Of a stretch of 64,000 nt of DNA, positions 1 through 9,960 are shown one piece after another; position 1 is the stretch's first letter; every line of letters starts with the position of its first letter. Made by a program: the position numbers and the translations under genes. The notes under the pieces are model-generated. The model did no database searches and was not told the origin of the DNA. It worked only from the letters and a program-made list of their open reading frames with translations. The DNA comes from Cyanobium sp. (GTDB lineage: Bacteria > Cyanobacteriota > Cyanobacteriia > PCC-6307 > Cyanobiaceae): NCBI GenBank assembly GCA_040399125.1, contig JBBASR010000001.1, positions 106,050 to 170,049 of the forward strand, written 5' to 3'.

Positions 1-584
1 TAGCGGGTGAAGCGACGCACCTGGATATTCTCGCCGGTCTTGCCGGCGACCTGCTTCACCATCTCCCCCACGGTCACGGCGTTGTCGCGGATGAAGGGTT
101 GCTCGAGCAGAGCCAGCTCTTTGAGACGTTTGCCGATGCGGCCTTCCACGATCTTGGTCTTCATCTGGTCGGGCTTACCGTCCAGGTCATCACGGCCCAT
201 CTCGATCGCCTTCTCCCTCTCCACCACATCCTCGGGGATTTCGTCGGTGGAGACGTATTCCACGTTCGGGCAGGCGGCCACCTGCATCGCCACGTTGCGC
301 ACCAGCTCCTGGAAGAGGTCACCGCGGGCCACGAAATCGGTCTCGCAGTTGATCTCCACAAGCACCCCCACCCGGGAACCGGTGTGGATGTAGCTGCCCA
401 CTGCGCCCTCGGCAGCGGTGCGACCAGCCTTCTTCTCGGCCGTGGCAATGCCCTTCTGACGCAGCCACTCGGCGGCCTTGGTCATGTCGCCGCCGGACTC
501 GGCCAGGGCCTTCTTGCAGTCCATCATGCCCGCGCCGGTCTTGTCGCGCAGGTCCTTGACGAGCTTGGCAGTGATCTCAGCCAT
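1..584 (-). CDS. tsf: Elongation factor Ts, N-terminal part (C-terminus lies beyond the window edge)
   Basis: Reverse-strand ATG at 584..582 opens a frame that runs off the window. It reads [47 protein letters not shown]...[17 protein letters not shown], the canonical EF-Ts sequence. It is absent from the ORF track because there is no stop in the window. It lies directly downstream of rpsB, as in the conserved rpsB-tsf operon. Confidence 0.93.
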   Translation of the reverse strand, partial: MAEITAKLVKDLRDKTGAGMMDCKKALAESGGDMTKAAEWLRQKGIATAEKKAGRTAAEGAVGSYIHTGSRVGVLVEINCETDFVARGDLFQELVRNVAMQVAACPNVEYVSTDEIPEDVVEREKAIEMGRDDLDGKPDQMKTKIVEGRIGKRLKELALLEQPFIRDNAVTVGEMVKQVAGKTGENIQVRRFTR

Positions 585-709
585 CGGAGGGGGAACTGAA
601 GAGAAACAGGAAGTAGGGAAGGGAAGGGCCAGAAGGCCACCGCGCCTCAGATCGACAGCGGCGGCCAAACGCAGCCCAGCGGGGATGGGAACGTGATCCT
701 GCGGCCGGA

Positions 710-1426
710 TCAGGCGTCGTCGTCGTTGCCGCGCTGATCCTGGGCACCATGGCGACCTTCATTGATCGCATCCGCCAGACGGCCAAGCACCAGCTGCACC
801 GAACGAACGGCGTCGTCGTTGCAGGGAATGGGCACGTCGCAGAGATCGGGGTCGCAGTTGGTGTCGAGCATCGACACCAGGGGGATGTCGAGTTTGCGGG
901 CCTCGAGCACGGCGTTGGTTTCCCGGCGCTGGTCCACCAGCACCACCACATCGGGCAGACGGCGCATGTTCTTCAGACCGCCCAGGTACTTCTGAAGACG
1001 ATCCAGCTCCCGACGGAGCACGGCGGCTTCCTTCTTGGGACGCATGGCGATGGCGCCGGAGCTCTCCATGCGCTCCAGGTCCTTGAGGCGGTCGATCCGG
1101 GCCCGCATCGTGGTCCAATTGGTGAGCATGCCGCCCAGCCAGCGCTGGTTCACATAGGAGGCCCCACAACGGGTGGCTTCCTGGGCGATCACCTCAGAGG
1201 CCTGCTTCTTGGTGCCCACGAACAGGAAGCGCTTGCCGCTGCGGGCGGCACTGCGGGTCCACTTGTAGGCGTTGTTCATGCAGACGGCGGTCTGCACGAG
1301 ATCGATGATGTGAACACCATTGCGCGCGCAGTAGATATAGCGCGACATCTTGGGGTTCCACCGACGTGTCTGGTGCCCGAAGTGGGCGCCAGCTTCCATC
1401 ATCTCGGCGAGAGTGACTACAGCCAT
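710..1426 (-). CDS. rpsB: 30S ribosomal protein S2
   Basis: Track ORF 710..1519. The conserved S2 N-terminus [27 protein letters not shown] begins at ATG 1426 (cat at 1424..1426). Upstream residues are not S2-like. Confidence 0.93.
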   Translation of the reverse strand: MAVVTLAEMMEAGAHFGHQTRRWNPKMSRYIYCARNGVHIIDLVQTAVCMNNAYKWTRSAARSGKRFLFVGTKKQASEVIAQEATRCGASYVNQRWLGGMLTNWTTMRARIDRLKDLERMESSGAIAMRPKKEAAVLRRELDRLQKYLGGLKNMRRLPDVVVLVDQRRETNAVLEARKLDIPLVSMLDTNCDPDLCDVPIPCNDDAVRSVQLVLGRLADAINEGRHGAQDQRGNDDDA

Positions 1427-1581
1427 GAATTGGTGAGGGTTTCGGGTTGGCCACCACCTGCCAGGGATGAAGGGAGAGAAGACCGTGGCCGGAGCCGTGG
1501 TTCTCGCGCCTCGCATCACCCGAAACGTGCAGGTGTGCGGTGTGATTGGGACTGGAGCAACCTATCAAACGGCGGGACGGC

Positions 1582-2514
1582 CTACCGCAGCCCTGCACTG
1601 CGGGCCTCGGCGAACAGGGCCCGCACCCCCAGCCGGTTGAGGGGCAGGCGCAGCAGTTCCATGGCAAGGCCTGCGTGGCCCCGGCGGATCAGCCAGCCCA
1701 GCAGGGGACGCAGACTGCGCTCGTTGAGCAGACCGCCGAGGGTGAGCAGCTCCCAGAGGATGCGGTGCAACCAGGTGAACTGAATGATGAAGCGCACCCT
1801 GCGGGTGGGATGCTTCCGATAGAAAACGAGGCCCATCTTGGCCCGCTCCCGCTCCACGCGCACCAGATCGGGGAGCTGGTCGAGGCTGAGGGCAGGATGC
1901 CAGTGATAGCCCACGGCCTCCGGGCAGCGCACCAGCTTCACCCCCAGGCGCCGCAGCCGTTCTCCCAGTTCGAGGTCTTCCCAGCCATAGAGGCGGAACC
2001 CCGTGTCAAACAGACCTGCCTGCTCCAGAACTCCGCGGTCGATCGCCACATTGCCGGTGGCGAAATAGGCCCAGGAGAGATCCCTCAGCTTGTGGGGTTC
2101 GCTGGTCGGATCCTCGAAATTGGCGGTGTTGATCACCGCTCCGTAGGTGAAACAGAGGCGGTTGCCCTCCTGTTGCCAATGCTGCTGCAAGGCCCGGGCG
2201 TGACTCACCAGAAAGTCGGGGGTCACCACCAGATCGCTGTCGATGAACACGATCACGTCACCCCGGGCGTGCTCCACCCCACGGTTGCGACCTTCCGCCG
2301 GGCCGCCGTGGTCCTGACGGATCAGCCGTAGATGGGGAAAGGAACGGGCATGGGAATCGAGCCAATGCACCGTGTCATCGGTGGAGCCGTCATCCACCAG
2401 CACCACCTCAAAGCGCTCGATCGGAGCCTCCAGTTGCTGGGCCTCCAGGGCCTGCAGGCACTGGCGCAGGATCGGCAGCCGGTTGTAGGTGGGGATGACG
2501 ACGCTGAGAAACAT
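1582..2514 (-). CDS. Family 2 glycosyltransferase
   Basis: MFLSVVIPTYNRLPILRQCL...VVLVDDGSTDDT...VIVFIDSD is a GT-A fold GT2 signature. ATG verified at 2514. Confidence 0.85.
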   Translation of the reverse strand: MFLSVVIPTYNRLPILRQCLQALEAQQLEAPIERFEVVLVDDGSTDDTVHWLDSHARSFPHLRLIRQDHGGPAEGRNRGVEHARGDVIVFIDSDLVVTPDFLVSHARALQQHWQQEGNRLCFTYGAVINTANFEDPTSEPHKLRDLSWAYFATGNVAIDRGVLEQAGLFDTGFRLYGWEDLELGERLRRLGVKLVRCPEAVGYHWHPALSLDQLPDLVRVERERAKMGLVFYRKHPTRRVRFIIQFTWLHRILWELLTLGGLLNERSLRPLLGWLIRRGHAGLAMELLRLPLNRLGVRALFAEARSAGLR

Positions 2515-2565
2515 CGGCTCGAAGCCCTGCGCACAGGGAAGGGAACGACGGGGAGGTGCGGCGTG

Positions 2566-2592
2566 AAAAAGGGGGACCCCCAGGGATCCCCC
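2566..2592 (-). terminator. Intrinsic terminator downstream of the 51-aa basic ORF
   Basis: The reverse strand reads GGGGGA-TCCCTGGGGG-TCCCCC followed by TTTTT (plus strand gaaaaagggggacccccagggatccccc). It lies 36 nt after the stop at 2628. Confidence 0.55.
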
Positions 2593-2627
2593 ATGCCGTT
2601 CGGGCGCCGGCCGATCAGGCCTGCTGC

Positions 2628-2783
2628 TCAGTCGGCAGCGCCGCCGTTGTTGGCCGTGCCGGTCACACCGTTGCCAGCCCCTTCACCACGGCCGTCATTG
2701 CGGAGCTTGCGCTTCTTGAACTTGCGGGCGTAAGCGCGGTTCCTTTCCTGCTTTTCCTTCTTGAGATTCCTGCGCTTGGCCAT
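2628..2783 (-). CDS. Small Lys/Arg-rich protein (51 aa), function unknown
   Basis: Not in the track (under 60 aa). ATG at 2783, TGA at 2630..2628. Sequence: MAKRRNLKKEKQERNRAYARKFKKRKLRNDGRGEGAGNGVTGTANNGGAAD. About 80 percent G/C at codon position 3, like neighbouring genes. It starts 27 nt after the devA-like stop and has its own terminator. Confidence 0.5.
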   Translation of the reverse strand: MAKRRNLKKEKQERNRAYARKFKKRKLRNDGRGEGAGNGVTGTANNGGAAD

Positions 2784-2810
2784 GCGAGCGTTGTGTCCCC
2801 GATGAGATCG

Positions 2811-3596
2811 TCAGCTTTCACCATACTCAACCATGCTCCCGCCGGAGGCATCGGCCTGCCATAGGCGCCCATCCTCCATCTGCACCAGCCGGTCGGCCAC
2901 ATCGAGGATGCGGGGATCATGGGTCACCATCAGCACGGCACATCCCTGGTCACGGGCGAGGCGCTTGAGCAGATCCACCACCTCCCGGCCGGTCTGCTTG
3001 TCGAGGGCAGCGGTGGGTTCGTCGGCCAACAGCAGCCTGGGTCGGGCCGCCAGGGCCCTGGCGATCGCCACCCGCTGCTTCTGGCCGCCGGAGAGATCAT
3101 GGGGCAGCTTGTTGAGGTGATCGGCAAGGCCCACCGCCCGCAGCCATTCCCGCGCCTGATCCCGGCGGGCCCGATAACTGAGGGAAGGCAGAAGGTCGGA
3201 ACCCATCTGCACGTTCTGCTCAGCGGTGAGACAACGCAGCAGATTGTGGCCCTGAAAGATCATGCCGATGCCCTGGCGCAACTCCTGGCGCTGGGCCCGG
3301 CTGGAGCCGCAGAGCTCCTGGCCGAACACCCGCACCGATCCCTCCATCACCTGCCGCAGGGCACCGATCAGGGTCAGAAGTGTGGTCTTGCCGCAGCCGG
3401 AGGGACCGGTGAGCAGAACCACCTCGCCGGGATCGATCACCAGATCCACCCCCTGCAACACCTGGCGCCGCATCTCGCCCTTGCCATACCAATGGCTGAG
3501 GTGCTGAACCGCCACCGTGGGCCCCGGGGCATTTTTCTCCGGGCCGCCAAGGTGGAGCGGTGTGCGGGAGGAAGGGGCGCCGACCATTGAAACCAT
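2811..3596 (-). CDS. ABC transporter ATP-binding protein, DevA-like
   Basis: Walker A GPSGCGKTT, signature LSGGQKQR, Walker B LLLADEPT. It is the last gene of an HlyD / FtsX-type permease / ATPase triplet. Confidence 0.88.
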   Translation of the reverse strand: MVSMVGAPSSRTPLHLGGPEKNAPGPTVAVQHLSHWYGKGEMRRQVLQGVDLVIDPGEVVLLTGPSGCGKTTLLTLIGALRQVMEGSVRVFGQELCGSSRAQRQELRQGIGMIFQGHNLLRCLTAEQNVQMGSDLLPSLSYRARRDQAREWLRAVGLADHLNKLPHDLSGGQKQRVAIARALAARPRLLLADEPTAALDKQTGREVVDLLKRLARDQGCAVLMVTHDPRILDVADRLVQMEDGRLWQADASGGSMVEYGES

Positions 3597-3599
3597 GGC

Positions 3600-4769
3600 T
3601 CAGAAGATCTCCGCCGGATCGGCATCGGCCAGCTTGCGCATCGCCAGACCCGCCGAAGCCATGCACATCACAAGAATCATCATGAACACCAGCAGGGAAC
3701 GCTGCGAGTCCATCGCCACCGGCAGTTTGGTGCCTGAACGAATCAGGGCATAGAGCCCCTGGCCGGCGAGCCAGGCCGGCACGTATCCCAGCACCGCAAG
3801 CAGCAGGCCCTCGCGGGCCACGACCCCGAGCAATCCGCTCAGCCGGTAGCCCATCGCCATCAACGTGGCGTATTCCGGCAGGTGATCACTGACATCGGAA
3901 TAAAGAATCTGATAGACGATCACGCACCCCACCACGAAGCCCATGGCGGCACCGAGGGTGAAGATGAAGCCGATGGCGGTGCTGCTGCGCCAGTAGTTCT
4001 TTTCGAATTCCTCAAACTCCTTCTTGGTGTAGACGGCCACATCCTTCGGCAACTGCTTGCGCAGGCGCTGCGCCACCACGGCAGGCTCACTCCCCGGCAC
4101 CAGCCGGATCAGGCCGAGCTCAATGCTGCCGGGCGGGGTGTTGGGCCGCAGGCGCAGGAAAGTTTCATCGCTGGTGATCAGGTTGCCATCGGCACCGAAG
4201 GAGGGGCCCAGCTCCACCAGGCCACCCACCCGTACCCTCTTGCCATCCACCTCCGTCTCCACCACCTTTCCCTGGCGAAACCACTCGGCGATCGGCCCGA
4301 ATTCGGGACGGGAGAGGGAATCGAACAGCACCCTGCCCTCCTGATTCAGCACTTCGGCCTTGCTGCGCAGGGAGGGGTCGAGGAACAGAGGATCGGTGGG
4401 TTCGTAGCCGATCGCCAGGATCGAACGGGTGGCCCGGGTCTGGGGATTGCGCCAGAGCAGCAGATTCCAGTGCACTGGAGTGGTGTCCTTCACCTGTGGG
4501 TCGGCCAGGGCCTGCACCAGACGACGACGGGGAAACCCGGCCATGCCGATCGAACTCATGGTGCGCGGGCTCATCAACACCAGATCGGCGTCGAAGAGCT
4601 TGTGCACGGTGACGCTGGCATCGAACAGGCCGTCGCGGAAGCCGAGCTGCATGAACATCAGGATCCCGGCGAAGGAGATCCCGGCCAGCGCCACCGCCAG
4701 GCGAGCCGGCTGGCGCGTGAGCAGCAACCAGGAAAGGGGGATGCGACGCGACTGCCAGAAGCCGTTCAT
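3600..4769 (-). CDS. ABC exporter permease, DevC-like (FtsX/MacB-type)
   Basis: 389 aa with an N-terminal TM, a large periplasmic domain and C-terminal TM helices (FIFTLGAAMGFVVGCVIVYQILY). Its position between the HlyD-type and ATPase genes matches the cyanobacterial DevBCA arrangement. Confidence 0.8.
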   Translation of the reverse strand: MNGFWQSRRIPLSWLLLTRQPARLAVALAGISFAGILMFMQLGFRDGLFDASVTVHKLFDADLVLMSPRTMSSIGMAGFPRRRLVQALADPQVKDTTPVHWNLLLWRNPQTRATRSILAIGYEPTDPLFLDPSLRSKAEVLNQEGRVLFDSLSRPEFGPIAEWFRQGKVVETEVDGKRVRVGGLVELGPSFGADGNLITSDETFLRLRPNTPPGSIELGLIRLVPGSEPAVVAQRLRKQLPKDVAVYTKKEFEEFEKNYWRSSTAIGFIFTLGAAMGFVVGCVIVYQILYSDVSDHLPEYATLMAMGYRLSGLLGVVAREGLLLAVLGYVPAWLAGQGLYALIRSGTKLPVAMDSQRSLLVFMMILVMCMASAGLAMRKLADADPAEIF

Positions 4770-4782
4770 CTGCGAATCAGCC

Positions 4783-5730
4783 TCAGGGTTGCAGCTTGGC
4801 GATCACCTTCAGGCCGGTGAGTGCCTGAACCCGACGGGCGTCCTCGGGATCGAGCCGTACCCGCACTTCCACGATGCGCGCGTCGGCATCGCCGGTGGGG
4901 TCGGTGGAGAGGGTTTCCCGTTGCCGCACCTGGGGGCTGATCCGGCTCACCCGACCATGGAGGGTGCCGCGGAAACCGCCGTTCTCACTGGTGAGCAGGG
5001 CCTGCTGGCCCAGCTCCACCCGGTCGATGTCGCTCTCGTAGACCTCCACCACCGCCTCCATCCGGTCGCTGTTTCCCAGCTCAAGGATTCCCTTGTCGCC
5101 GGGACGTTCGCCCACATGGGCGTGGACGCGCAGCACCGTGCCGTCGATCGGGGCCCGCAGCTCGGTGTTGACCAGATCCGTGTTGACGCGGGTCAGTTCG
5201 GCACGGGCCTCCAGCAGTTGGCCCTGCAGTTCCAGATGGCTCTGTTCACGGCGGTCGAGTTCATCGGCGGAGAGGGCACCGACGCTGCTCAGCCTGCGGT
5301 AGCGCTCCAGCTCCCGGCGCTCCAGCACCAGGCGCCTCTCCAAATTGGCGATCCGGGTGCGGATCAGCTCCGATTGCGCCCGCTGCGAAGGGCCGGAATC
5401 GAAACGGGCCAGCAGCTGGCCTGCCTCCACCCGCTCGCCCTCAGCCACGAGAAGTTCGGTGATTCGGGGGCTGCTCATGCCGGTCATCGGCGCTGCCAGC
5501 ACCCGGATGTCTCCCCATGGATCCAGCCGACCCAGCGCCGCCACGGCCCTGGCCGGGGCAGGTGCCGCTGGCGCCGTGGCGGTGGTAGCAGGTCTGGGGG
5601 AACGGGGAAGGCCTTTGATGAGCAGGGTTGCCAGGCCGACGGTAAGCAGACCGGAGGCCAGGATCAGCGCGAGGCCGACGGGGCGGGAGGGTCGTCGAAG
5701 AGGAGTTCCTCGATGTAGCGGTCTGCCCAT
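4783..5730 (-). CDS. HlyD-family membrane fusion protein, DevB-like
   Basis: Single N-terminal TM ([21 protein letters not shown]), a coiled-coil region and a beta-barrel C-terminus. Start placed at ATG 5730, with an alternative ATG at 5814. Either start overlaps the pcyA 3' end. Confidence 0.8.
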   Translation of the reverse strand: MGRPLHRGTPLRRPSRPVGLALILASGLLTVGLATLLIKGLPRSPRPATTATAPAAPAPARAVAALGRLDPWGDIRVLAAPMTGMSSPRITELLVAEGERVEAGQLLARFDSGPSQRAQSELIRTRIANLERRLVLERRELERYRRLSSVGALSADELDRREQSHLELQGQLLEARAELTRVNTDLVNTELRAPIDGTVLRVHAHVGERPGDKGILELGNSDRMEAVVEVYESDIDRVELGQQALLTSENGGFRGTLHGRVSRISPQVRQRETLSTDPTGDADARIVEVRVRLDPEDARRVQALTGLKVIAKLQP

Positions 5731-6458
5731 GCTGGGTTGAATGCCTTCTCGAGCACCCGGCGAGTTTTGTCGTTCTGTTTCTGTTGCTTGCAATAGCCCA
5801 GCTGACCCTGCCATCGCGCAACAGTAGCTGGGTCGTCCCAGGCCTGGGGTAGCGCCGTGGCGGCCGCTTCGCCCAGCACCTGCAGAAACATCCCCACCTC
5901 CTCCACGAACAGGCCCTCCTCTTCAGAAGAGTCAGGCCGCACGAACAGCACGTGGGGCGAGAAGATCGATCCCCAGACCGGCAGCTCCCGCGGCTGGGAG
6001 AAAGCGGGGCGACGGTGGGCCTGGAGCGCTTTCTCGATGCCGGCAGGTAGATCTCCCGTCACCGGGGAGAGATCCACGATCGCTGCTGAAACCACACCAC
6101 GGCCGGCCACGATGTCGGCACCGAACACCGGCAGATCGAAGCGAGGATCAGGGAAGAACACACAGTGGAGAATCTGCAGGCCTGCCCCGAGACGTGCCGT
6201 TTCCAGGTGGAGCTTGCGCAACCCCCGGCACTGGTGCACCTCGTTGCGGATGAACAGCTGTTCCCCATCGAGGCTGCCGCTGATCGCCTCAAGCTCAGGG
6301 TCGATCGCCAGCGGCGCCAGCTCCACCAGCTGCTGACGGCACTGACGGATGCGGTCGGCCAGGTTGTCCACCAGGGGATGGATGCCACCGGCGACCGGCG
6401 GTGCGTTGGAAGTCACGGCGGGACGCGCAGCCAGCAGAATGCAGATCCTGTCATGCAT
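5664..6458 (-). CDS. pcyA: Phycocyanobilin:ferredoxin oxidoreductase
   Basis: [39 protein letters not shown] and the C-terminal [28 protein letters not shown] match the ferredoxin-dependent bilin reductase family, PcyA type. Confidence 0.85.
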   Translation of the reverse strand: MHDRICILLAARPAVTSNAPPVAGGIHPLVDNLADRIRQCRQQLVELAPLAIDPELEAISGSLDGEQLFIRNEVHQCRGLRKLHLETARLGAGLQILHCVFFPDPRFDLPVFGADIVAGRGVVSAAIVDLSPVTGDLPAGIEKALQAHRRPAFSQPRELPVWGSIFSPHVLFVRPDSSEEEGLFVEEVGMFLQVLGEAAATALPQAWDDPATVARWQGQLGYCKQQKQNDKTRRVLEKAFNPAWADRYIEELLFDDPPAPSASR

Positions 6459-6460
6459 CC

Positions 6461-7735
6461 ATGAGCGATCCCGTGGGTTGTTGCGGCCCGTTGCTGCCTG
6501 GCTTGGAGGAACCGAGCCGCAAACGGCTGGCCAATGGGTTGAAGCTGGTGAGCCTGCCCCTGCTGGAGGCCCCGCTGGTCTGCCTCGATTTCTGGTGCCG
6601 GGCCGGCAGCGTGTTCGAGAGCGCCAGCGAAAGCGGCATGGCCCACTTCCTCGAGCACATGGTGTTCAAGGGCAGCGATCGTCTGGGCGCCGGTGAATTC
6701 GACCTGCGCATCGAGGCCCTCGGGGGAAGCAGCAACGCCGCCACCGGTTTCGACGACGTGCACTACCACGTGCTGATCCCGCCTGAAGCAGCACCGGAAG
6801 CCCTTGATCTGCTTCTGGATCTGGTGCTGCAACCCCGGCTGGATGCCGAGGCCTTCCGGATGGAGCGCCAGGTGGTGCTCGAGGAGCTCGCCCAGAGCGA
6901 GGACCAGCCCGAGGAGGTGGCGGTCCAGCGGCTGCTCGAACTGGCCTGTCCGAGCCATGCCTACGGCCTGCCGATCCTGGGAAGGAGGGAGGCCCTGCTG
7001 GACCATGATCCAGCCGCCATGGAGGCCTTTCACCAGAGGCTTTACACGGCAGATCGCTGTGTCCTGGCCCTCAGCGGTGCCGTCCAGGACGGCAGCCTGC
7101 TGCAGCGCGCCGAGGCCGGTGCCCTGGCGGACCTCAGCCGTTCGAATACCAATGGTGCGGTTCCGCCACTGCAGCTGGAGGCCGGGGAGCATCGGCTGGA
7201 GCTGCCCAGGCTGGAGGCGGCACGCCTGCTGATGGCCTGGTCCCAGCCGGCAGCTCCCGATCTGGCGGCAGTGATGGGTGCAGATCTGGCCACCACCGTT
7301 CTGGCGGAAGGCCGCCGCAGCCGACTGGTGGAGCGGTTGCGGGAACAGCTTCGGATCGTGGAGAGCATCGACCTCGATCTGCATCCGATGGAGTGCGGCA
7401 GCCTCGTTCTGCTGGAGGCCGTCTGCGATCCGGAGGAGCTGCCGGAGGTGCGGCAGGCGATCACCGAGGTGTGGACGGAGGTGATGGCCGAACCCCTGGG
7501 GGAAGCCGAATGGAGCCGCGCCCAGCGCCTTGTGGCCAACAGCTACCGCTTTGGCCTGGAGTCGGCCGGCGGCGTGGCTGGCCTGATCGGCAACAGTGAA
7601 CTCTGGGGCCGCCGGGAATCGCTGGAGGAACCCCTGCGGCAACTCCAGAGCTGGACTCCCGCAACCCTGCGAAGGGAAGCACTGGCCTCCCTGGACCCCG
7701 CCCTGGCCTGTGTATTGGAGGTTCTGCCCGGATGA
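6461..7735 (+). CDS. M16-family zinc peptidase, catalytic-type subunit
   Basis: Inverted zincin motif HFLEH in [14 protein letters not shown]. Start placed at ATG 6461; the track ORF begins at 6401. Confidence 0.85.
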   Translation: MSDPVGCCGPLLPGLEEPSRKRLANGLKLVSLPLLEAPLVCLDFWCRAGSVFESASESGMAHFLEHMVFKGSDRLGAGEFDLRIEALGGSSNAATGFDDVHYHVLIPPEAAPEALDLLLDLVLQPRLDAEAFRMERQVVLEELAQSEDQPEEVAVQRLLELACPSHAYGLPILGRREALLDHDPAAMEAFHQRLYTADRCVLALSGAVQDGSLLQRAEAGALADLSRSNTNGAVPPLQLEAGEHRLELPRLEAARLLMAWSQPAAPDLAAVMGADLATTVLAEGRRSRLVERLREQLRIVESIDLDLHPMECGSLVLLEAVCDPEELPEVRQAITEVWTEVMAEPLGEAEWSRAQRLVANSYRFGLESAGGVAGLIGNSELWGRRESLEEPLRQLQSWTPATLRREALASLDPALACVLEVLPG

Positions 7736-9042
7736 CGATTTCCCATGCAGGCGAGGCCAGCGAATCGAACCATCGACTCAGCGGCGGGCTGCCGCTGGTG
7801 GTGCTGCGCCGCCCTGGTCCGGCGATCCTGGCTGCCCGGCTGGTGATCCGCGGCGGCAGCAGCCGGGACCCCGTCTCCGCCCGCGGTGCCCATCAGCTGC
7901 TGGCGGGTCTGATGACGCGGGGGTGCGGCGATCTCGATGCCGATGGCCTCGCCGATCTGGTGGAGGGAGCGGGGGCAGGCCTGCGGGCCGAAGCCCATGA
8001 GGATGCGCTGGTGGTGGGCCTCAAATGCGCAGCCGACGATGCCCCCGCCCTGCTGCCGCTGCTGCTGCAGATGGTGCGCCGTCCCAGCCTTGCCCCGGAC
8101 CAGCTGGAGCTGGAGCGTCAGCTCAACCTCCAGACCCTGCAACGGCAGAAGGAGGACCCCTTCCAGCTGTGTCACGACCAGCTGCGCCATCTGCTCTATG
8201 GCCAGGGCCCCTATGGCCATGACCCACTCGGCATCGAAACGGAATTGGCCACGATCAACGGCCGCACCCTGCAGCCCCTGGTGGAAACCCTGGGCAGCGA
8301 AGGGGCCGTGCTGGTGCTCTGCGGCGATCCCCCGGCGGGCGTGGTGGAGCTGCTGGAAACCGAGCTGGCCATCGCCCCCTGGGGTACCCGATCACCCGAT
8401 GCCTCCGCCCCAGCGGTGGCTGGGGCAGGCGCTGCCAGCCTGGCCCGGCAGTCCCAGCAGACCGAGCAGCTGGTGCTGATGCTGGGTACGCCCACGCTGC
8501 CGATGGGCCATCCCGATGCGCTGGCGCTTCGGATCCTGCAGGCCCATCTGGGTCTGGGAATGTCGAGTCGGTTGTTCGTGGTGATGCGGGAGGAGAGGGG
8601 CCTGGCCTACGACGTGGGAGTGCATCTGCCGGCCCGCTGCGGGGCGGCGCCGTTTGTGATGCACCTCTCCACCTCCTCCGATCGGGCTGCGGAAGCCTGC
8701 CGCGGTCTGCTGGACGAATGGCAGCGGATGGGCGAGCAACCGCTGGAGACAGACGCCCTGGAGCTGGCTCTGGCCAAGTACAGGGGCCAGGATGCGATGG
8801 GGCGACAGACCTGCTCCCAGATCGCGGAGCGGCAGGCCCTGGTGCTCAGCCATGGCCTGCCGGCCGACCATGTGAAGACCACCCTTGAGCGCGCCGCAAG
8901 CCTCTCTACCGACGACCTGTTGGCCGCCGCCCGCAAGTGGCTGCAGGGGCCGAGCCTGAGTCTGGTGGGGCCAGAGACAGCCGTGGACGCCGCCGCCGAG
9001 GCCTGGCGGGATCACCCGCTCAGCCGCCGGCAGCAGCCATGA
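7732..9042 (+). CDS. M16-family peptidase paralog lacking the HxxEH motif (non-catalytic-type partner)
   Basis: Homologous M16 fold, but the corresponding region reads GAHQLLAGLMTRG. ATGA start/stop overlap with the upstream M16 gene at 7732..7735. Confidence 0.82.
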   Translation: MTISHAGEASESNHRLSGGLPLVVLRRPGPAILAARLVIRGGSSRDPVSARGAHQLLAGLMTRGCGDLDADGLADLVEGAGAGLRAEAHEDALVVGLKCAADDAPALLPLLLQMVRRPSLAPDQLELERQLNLQTLQRQKEDPFQLCHDQLRHLLYGQGPYGHDPLGIETELATINGRTLQPLVETLGSEGAVLVLCGDPPAGVVELLETELAIAPWGTRSPDASAPAVAGAGAASLARQSQQTEQLVLMLGTPTLPMGHPDALALRILQAHLGLGMSSRLFVVMREERGLAYDVGVHLPARCGAAPFVMHLSTSSDRAAEACRGLLDEWQRMGEQPLETDALELALAKYRGQDAMGRQTCSQIAERQALVLSHGLPADHVKTTLERAASLSTDDLLAAARKWLQGPSLSLVGPETAVDAAAEAWRDHPLSRRQQP

Positions 9043-9373
9043 GCTGGTCTTCTGTCAGCAGGAAAGCCCCCCGCCGAAAACGCACGGCATAGGTTCCCCG
9101 GGCTCGCACCTCGATCACCACCCCCGTCTCCCCCCCATCCACCAGATCAGGGGGCCGCAGCATCGGCATCGGTTCGGCGGTCTTGAGATAGCGGGGGAGG
9201 GCCGAAAGCCGCACCGCAGATCCCACCGGAAAACGCAGCGGGGCCGCTGCCTGCGGGCCGTTCTCCCCCTCAGGGGAGGGCGATGCTGACTCCGTGGATA
9301 GTTCTGGATCGGTCGTCACGCGCCTTTTCCCCTTCTCAGCGGAACCTAGCTGCAGCAGGATGGCGCCAGCCAA
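9020..9373 (-). CDS. DUF3148-family protein
   Basis: VRLSALPRYLKTAEPMPMLRPPDLVDGGETGVVIEVRARGTYAVRFRRGAFLL is the conserved cyanobacterial DUF3148 core. The track start at 9373 is TTG, and an in-frame GTG at 9319 is an alternative. Confidence 0.7.
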   Translation of the reverse strand: MAGAILLQLGSAEKGKRRVTTDPELSTESASPSPEGENGPQAAAPLRFPVGSAVRLSALPRYLKTAEPMPMLRPPDLVDGGETGVVIEVRARGTYAVRFRRGAFLLTEDQLMAAAGG

Positions 9374-9960
9374 GGAAGGAGAAGGACAACTTGCGGGCCC
9401 TTGCCACCTGGAGCGGCGCCATCGCCGGCCTGTTGCTGATCGTGGTGGGGGGCTTGATCCCTGCGGCCAGCCCCTTCCACGACAACATGGGATGGGGGCT
9501 GCGGCCCCTGGGGATCACGCTGCAGGTCCCGGCCCTGCTGCTCACGGCACTGGTCTGCGGACCGCGCAGCGCGATGCTGGCGGCGGTGGCGTACCTCAGC
9601 ATCGGCCTGTTCCAGCTGCCGGTCTTCCATGAGGGAGGGGGCACCGGCTACCTGCTGGACCCCGGATTCGGTTATCTCGCGGGATTCGTACCGGCTGCCT
9701 GGATCACCGGTCGACTGGCGCGCCAACAGGGCATGAACGATCCCCTCACCCTCACGGCCGCTGCCGCCGTGGGTCTGGTGGTGCTTCACCTGTGCGGCAT
9801 GGTCAATCTGCTGCTGGGCAGCCTGGCGGGCCGATGGGGCACCAACGTGCTGCCCCTGCTGTTGAGCTACAGCCTGGCGATCCTGCCCCAGCTGCTGGTG
9901 TGCTGCGCGGTGGGGGTGGTGGCCTGGCTGATGCGTCAGCTGCTGCTGGTGGAATCGTGA
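9283..9960 (+). CDS. bioY: Biotin transporter BioY
   Basis: Multi-TM protein with a BioY-like core (GYLLDPGFGYLAGFVPAAWITGRL). ATG 9283 would overlap the divergent DUF3148 gene. An in-frame TTG at 9391 gives a typical length of about 190 aa, so the start is uncertain. Confidence 0.7.
   Translation: MLTPWIVLDRSSRAFSPSQRNLAAAGWRQPRKEKDNLRALATWSGAIAGLLLIVVGGLIPAASPFHDNMGWGLRPLGITLQVPALLLTALVCGPRSAMLAAVAYLSIGLFQLPVFHEGGGTGYLLDPGFGYLAGFVPAAWITGRLARQQGMNDPLTLTAAAAVGLVVLHLCGMVNLLLGSLAGRWGTNVLPLLLSYSLAILPQLLVCCAVGVVAWLMRQLLLVES

Noticed and set aside
590-640. GGAAGTAGGGAAGG on the plus strand, reminiscent of the GGAAGUAGG core of the glutamine (glnA RNA) riboswitch
   Set aside because: The flanking CGUUC...GAACG pairing elements are absent. 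It lies on the strand opposite to both neighbouring genes. It is simply the complement of the CU-rich tsf leader.
3061-3068. HIP1 palindromes (GCGATCGC) here and at several other places, for example near 11886, 27207, 29503, 39544, 46034 and 46342
   Set aside because: This is a genome-wide cyanobacterial oligonucleotide signature. It is useful only as taxonomic evidence and is not a local feature.
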